The position numbers and the translations under genes are program-made. From Camelus ferus (Eukaryota), in the NCBI RefSeq assembly GCF_009834535.1, contig NC_045696.1:63428001-63492000 (forward strand): a DNA stretch of 64,000 nucleotides. The letters are read 5' to 3'. The notes beneath the pieces were generated by a model. That model was not told the DNA's origin and did no database searches. It saw nothing but the letters and a program-made list of their open reading frames with translations. How positions within the stretch are numbered: position 1 is the stretch's first letter; every line of letters starts with the position of its first letter. Shown here in pieces: positions 60,190 to 64,000 of this stretch.

Positions 60190-61720
60190 TTTTAAAAATT
60201 ATGCTTTATTGAGGAATTTTTGACATAAAATAAACTCCACATATCTAAAGTGTACAATTTGGTAAGCTCTGACATGTGTAAGCTCAGGTACCATCACTGC
60301 AATCAAAATAGTGAGTATATCCATCACCCTCCAAAGTTTCCCCTTCTCCCTTGGTGAGCCCCCTCAGTCCTCTCCGGCCCCCTCTCTGCCCGCCTCACCC
60401 CGTCTCTAGGCAGCCACTGATTTGCCTATGCCACTGTAGATTAATTTGCATTTTTGTAGAATTTTATATGAATGGAATCCTAGAGGATGTACTCTTCCTT
60501 TTTCCGACTTCTTACACAGAATAATTACTTTGAGATTCATCCATGTTGTTGCATATGTCAACAATTCATTCCATTTTCTTGCTGAGTAGTAATCTATTGT
60601 ATGGGTATACTATAATTTGTTTATCCATTTGTTTTTTGAGAGATATTTGTATTGTTTCCAATTTTTGGTAACTACAAATAAAGCTGCCTTGAATATTCAT
60701 GGATAAGTCTTTGTAAGGACACATGCTTTCCTAGTTCTTGGTAAATACCTAGAAGTGGAATGGCTGGATCATATGTTTGGGAATATGTTTAAATTCTTAA
60801 AAAACCTGTTTTTCCAAAGTGGTTGTAACCATTTTACATTCTCCCTAGTTGGGTGTGAGAATTCTGGTTACTCCACACCTTTCGACATAGTCTTTTTAGT
60901 TTTTGACTGGTTTTAGTGGGCGTGGCATGGGGTCATATCTCATTGGATTTTAATTTGCATTTCCTGATGACTAAGAATATGCATCTTTTCATGTGCTTGG
61001 CTGCTGTCTGTATTCTTCTTGGATGAAGTGTCAACTCTTTTGCCCATTTTGTAATTGATTTGTTTGTTTTCTTATTATTGAGTTCTGAAATTTCTTTATG
61101 TACAATCTGAACACAGATCTCTTATCAGATCTGTGATTTGCAAATATTCTCTCCAAATTCTTTTTTTCTCCTTTTCCTCCAAAGCGGTTTTTTATTCTCA
61201 AAAGAGTGTCTTTTGAAGAGAAATTCTTAATTTTATTAAGAATTTATTAACTTTTGTAATGTACTATGCTTTTGGTGTTGCATCTAAGAAATCTTTGTCT
61301 GACCCTGGGTCCCAAGGATTTTCTCCTGTATTTCTTCTAGAAGTTTTATAGTTTTAGGTTTCTTGTTTAGATTTGGATCTATTTTGGGTTATTTCTTCAA
61401 TATGGTGTGAAGTAGAGATCAAAGTTCTTTTTCTTTCTTTGCATTGTTCATTCAATTGTTCCAGCATGATTTGTTGAAAAGATCAACCTTTCTTCATTAT
61501 ATTGTTTTTGAATCTCTATCAAAACTCAAGTGACTCTATATGTGGGGTCTATTTCTGGACTCTCTGTTCCATTGATTTATTTGCCCATTGCTACACCAAT
61601 ATCATACTGTCTTGATTACTGAAGCTTTCAAATAAGTCTTGAAATCAGATAGCGTAATCTTCCAACTTTGTTCTTTTTCAGAAGTGTTTGGCTAATTCTA
61701 GTTCCTTTGCATCTTCAAAT
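60190..61720 (-). mobile_element. ancient L1M (L1MB/L1MC-like) 3' ~1.5 kb
   Basis: ctttattgagg..taaagtgtacaattt..gagattcatccatgttgttgcat..aaatacctagaagtggaatggctggatcatatg..caattgttccagcatgatttgttgaaaag. Confidence 0.88.
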
Positions 61721-61904
61721 TGGACATAAATAGCCTGGTGTGGGGCATAACAGAAGGAAATCTAAACTTTCAACCACACTTATCAGTCCCTTAGGAAAAA
61801 GGATTCAGAGATAGATACCAGCACTCATTAATTATACCTCTATTTAGAAGTATAGTATATAAGTACCTTAAAGATAAATGTTTAAGTAACTTGAAAGAAA
61901 GGAG

Positions 61905-62230
61905 CAGAGGGAGGAAGTAAGACAAGCCTCATGGAAGAGATGAAATTTATTGATAGAACTTTGATAAGAAGGGTGTAGATAGAACATGAGTTAGCACCTA
62001 CAGAGAATAATATAAATTGTGTTCAGCACAATTAGATTGTAAGACATGGAATCTAACTGAATTCCAATTAGATCGTAAGAAAAGGTGCATGAAGAAAGTG
62101 GCTTGTCTTCATACTGTGGAGAGTCCTGAAATAGAGGTTGACGAGTTTGTGCTTAATTCTCTAGGCAATGAGGTACCATGAAGATTTTTTTCTGAGAGAG
62201 GGTTTTTAGGAAGGAGAGGATTGTTATAGC
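61905..62230 (-). mobile_element. L2 fragment
   Basis: cctcatggaagagatgaaattt..gagtttgtgcttaattctctaggcaatgagg..ccatgaagattttt. Confidence 0.55.
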
Positions 62231-62793
62231 AGTTGAACCAACAGCACTAATGTAAGCATCTCACACTCACATCCTTTTACAGGTCCACTCACATCTTACC
62301 TGCTCACTGCTGGAGTCAGGATGGGGAGGGAGGGAAGGAGGTGGGGCTAGGATTTGGGGGAGAGGCTGATGGGCAGCAGGGCTTCAATTTCAATGGAATG
62401 TTTTCATGGGCATCGCCTTTCCCTTCCGGGATGGGTGGATGAGTGGAGTTTCCTTGGGAGTGTTTTTCTTGGGCATTTTTATTGGGTTTCAACTAAAAAC
62501 ACAGGATATCGAGATGGATCTTCATGGTTTAGGTTGAATTGCAGTCCACCCCCAAACTTCCTTGAGGTTAGGTTTTATCCAACCCATCTGACCGTTCCAG
62601 TGCCTACCAAACAGATTTCTAGAATGCCGAAGCCAGAAAGGGCCTCCGAGAGCACCTGAACCACCCCTATCCTCTTACTCCCTCGGTTCTGTGAAGATAT
62701 GAGAGTAAGACAGTAACTCAATTCCAAAAACACGAATCTGATCACACTGTTTACCTCTATGAAACCCTTCAATGGCAGCCTAAGATCTTTAGC

Positions 62794-62927
62794 TAGAGTG
62801 ACCAGACATCCTGATTTGCCCAGAATGGCCCTAGTTCTTGCTTGTCGCCCTGGTGCAGTTATTCATAGTGACCGCCTTCACTCCCCAGAATGAACCAGCT
62901 TGGATGATAAATTATATGGTCCTCCTA
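62794..62927 (-). mobile_element. MER94-like hAT-Blackjack MITE
   Basis: 134 bp; tagagtgaccagacatcctgatttgccc...ttggatgataaattatatggtcctccta matches the reverse of recalled MER94, with inverted termini. Confidence 0.8.
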
Positions 62928-63119
62928 AGCAATGCTTTCCAAGACACAGGCCCTGGTGTAGAGACAGGCATGGGGGTGGGGGGAGTCTCAGAGTTACTGT
63001 GGGGGTCTGTAAGCCCATCATGCTTATGTGTTTCTCAGTCAGCAGAGAAGATTAAGACTACTACATTTTAAAGGTCCAAGAAGAATGTTGAAGTTTCATA
63101 CAGGAATCACTTGAAAATA

Positions 63120-63400
63120 TTGGGACACAAGGACCTGCAGGATCCAGCCCTCCTTATCCAGCCTCCAGCCTCCGCTGCTCCTCTCCTAGTGCTCTGCCTC
63201 CCTCCTGGGGTCCAGCTCCAAGGGAGGGGCAATTCCTGGTGCCCCAACTCTTTCATGCTGGTTCAGGGCTCTGTGCTTTTGAATACGTTTTCCCTTTGCT
63301 GGAAGATCTTTGCCACCAGTGCCACCCTCCTTCCACCCACCTCCTCTCTTGACCAACTAATGAAATCCCATCCTTTCTTCAATGCTCAGAGCCTCCATGC
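63120..63400 (+). mobile_element. L2 fragment (likely continuous with the L2 piece at ~62720-62793)
   Basis: ctctgtgcttttgaatacg..ttccctttgctggaag..catcctttcttcaatgctcag. Confidence 0.55.
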
Positions 63401-64000
63401 CCCTGTCCCTGCCCCACCCTGCCCCCACCCCGGGGGCAGAGGTGGATGGAATCTCCCAGACTCTTCTGAGCCTTCTGGTGCCCGGCGTGCTCTGCTGTCC
63501 TGGTGGCTGTTAACACTCTGGATTGGCTCTACTTGTTTACATGCTTCTCTCTCTCCTGGACCTCGAGCAACTTGAAGTCACGGTGACTGGCACAAGGAGG
63601 GGAGATAGGCAGTGTTTGTCCAGTGCATTCGTTCAGTACGTATTCATTGAGTATTAACTTTATTCCAAGCACTACACTACTGCAGGGAAGCCAGTAGTGC
63701 ACAAAGCAATGCCCTTGTTTCTGGGCATGACAGCCCCGTCAGTGAATGGATGTGGCGTGGCGTGCGCATGGGTACAGATGCGTGCATCGTGCGTGTGTGT
63801 ACACGTGCATCTGTGATGGCAAGAGGTTTCCCAGAACCTCGGGTTCCTCTCAGGAAGCGAAAACACTTCACAACAAGTCAGTCTTTTTCCATGCAGCTTC
63901 TTTATGAATTAAGCAGCATACATTTCTGATCTATTTAAAAACAGGGAAAGGGAAGTCGGCAGAGACAAAAATAACTTTTGCAAGGTCGCTGAGTGACGTG

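Overview
Mammalian non-coding DNA, most likely camelid (alpaca/vicuna/camel). The basis is six tRNA-Ala-derived SINEs resembling the camelid vic-1 family, cetartiodactyl-type L1 3' ends, and no Alu, CHR/Bov-A or PRE-1-like SINE that I could recognise. I found no host protein-coding exon I could recognise; the only real protein homology is decayed LINE-1 ORF2. Much of the window is interspersed repeat: MIR, L2, L3/CR1, HAL1/L1M, younger L1, MaLR/ERVL/ERV1 solo LTRs, hAT MITEs (MER45B, MER81, MER94, MER96B) and microsatellites. Many insertions are nested and keep readable target-site duplications (TSDs). The most interesting non-repeat signal is a ~0.5 kb CpG island at ~25.7-26.2 kb with five co-oriented ACAAAG (SOX-type) motifs. 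Several repeat-free blocks also carry clustered TCF/LEF, SOX, HOX/TALE or FOX motifs, which suggests a developmental enhancer landscape (gene desert or large intron). I cannot support a genuinely novel biological system from sequence alone. Repeat family names are from recalled consensus sequences, not a database search, and boundaries without a TSD are approximate.
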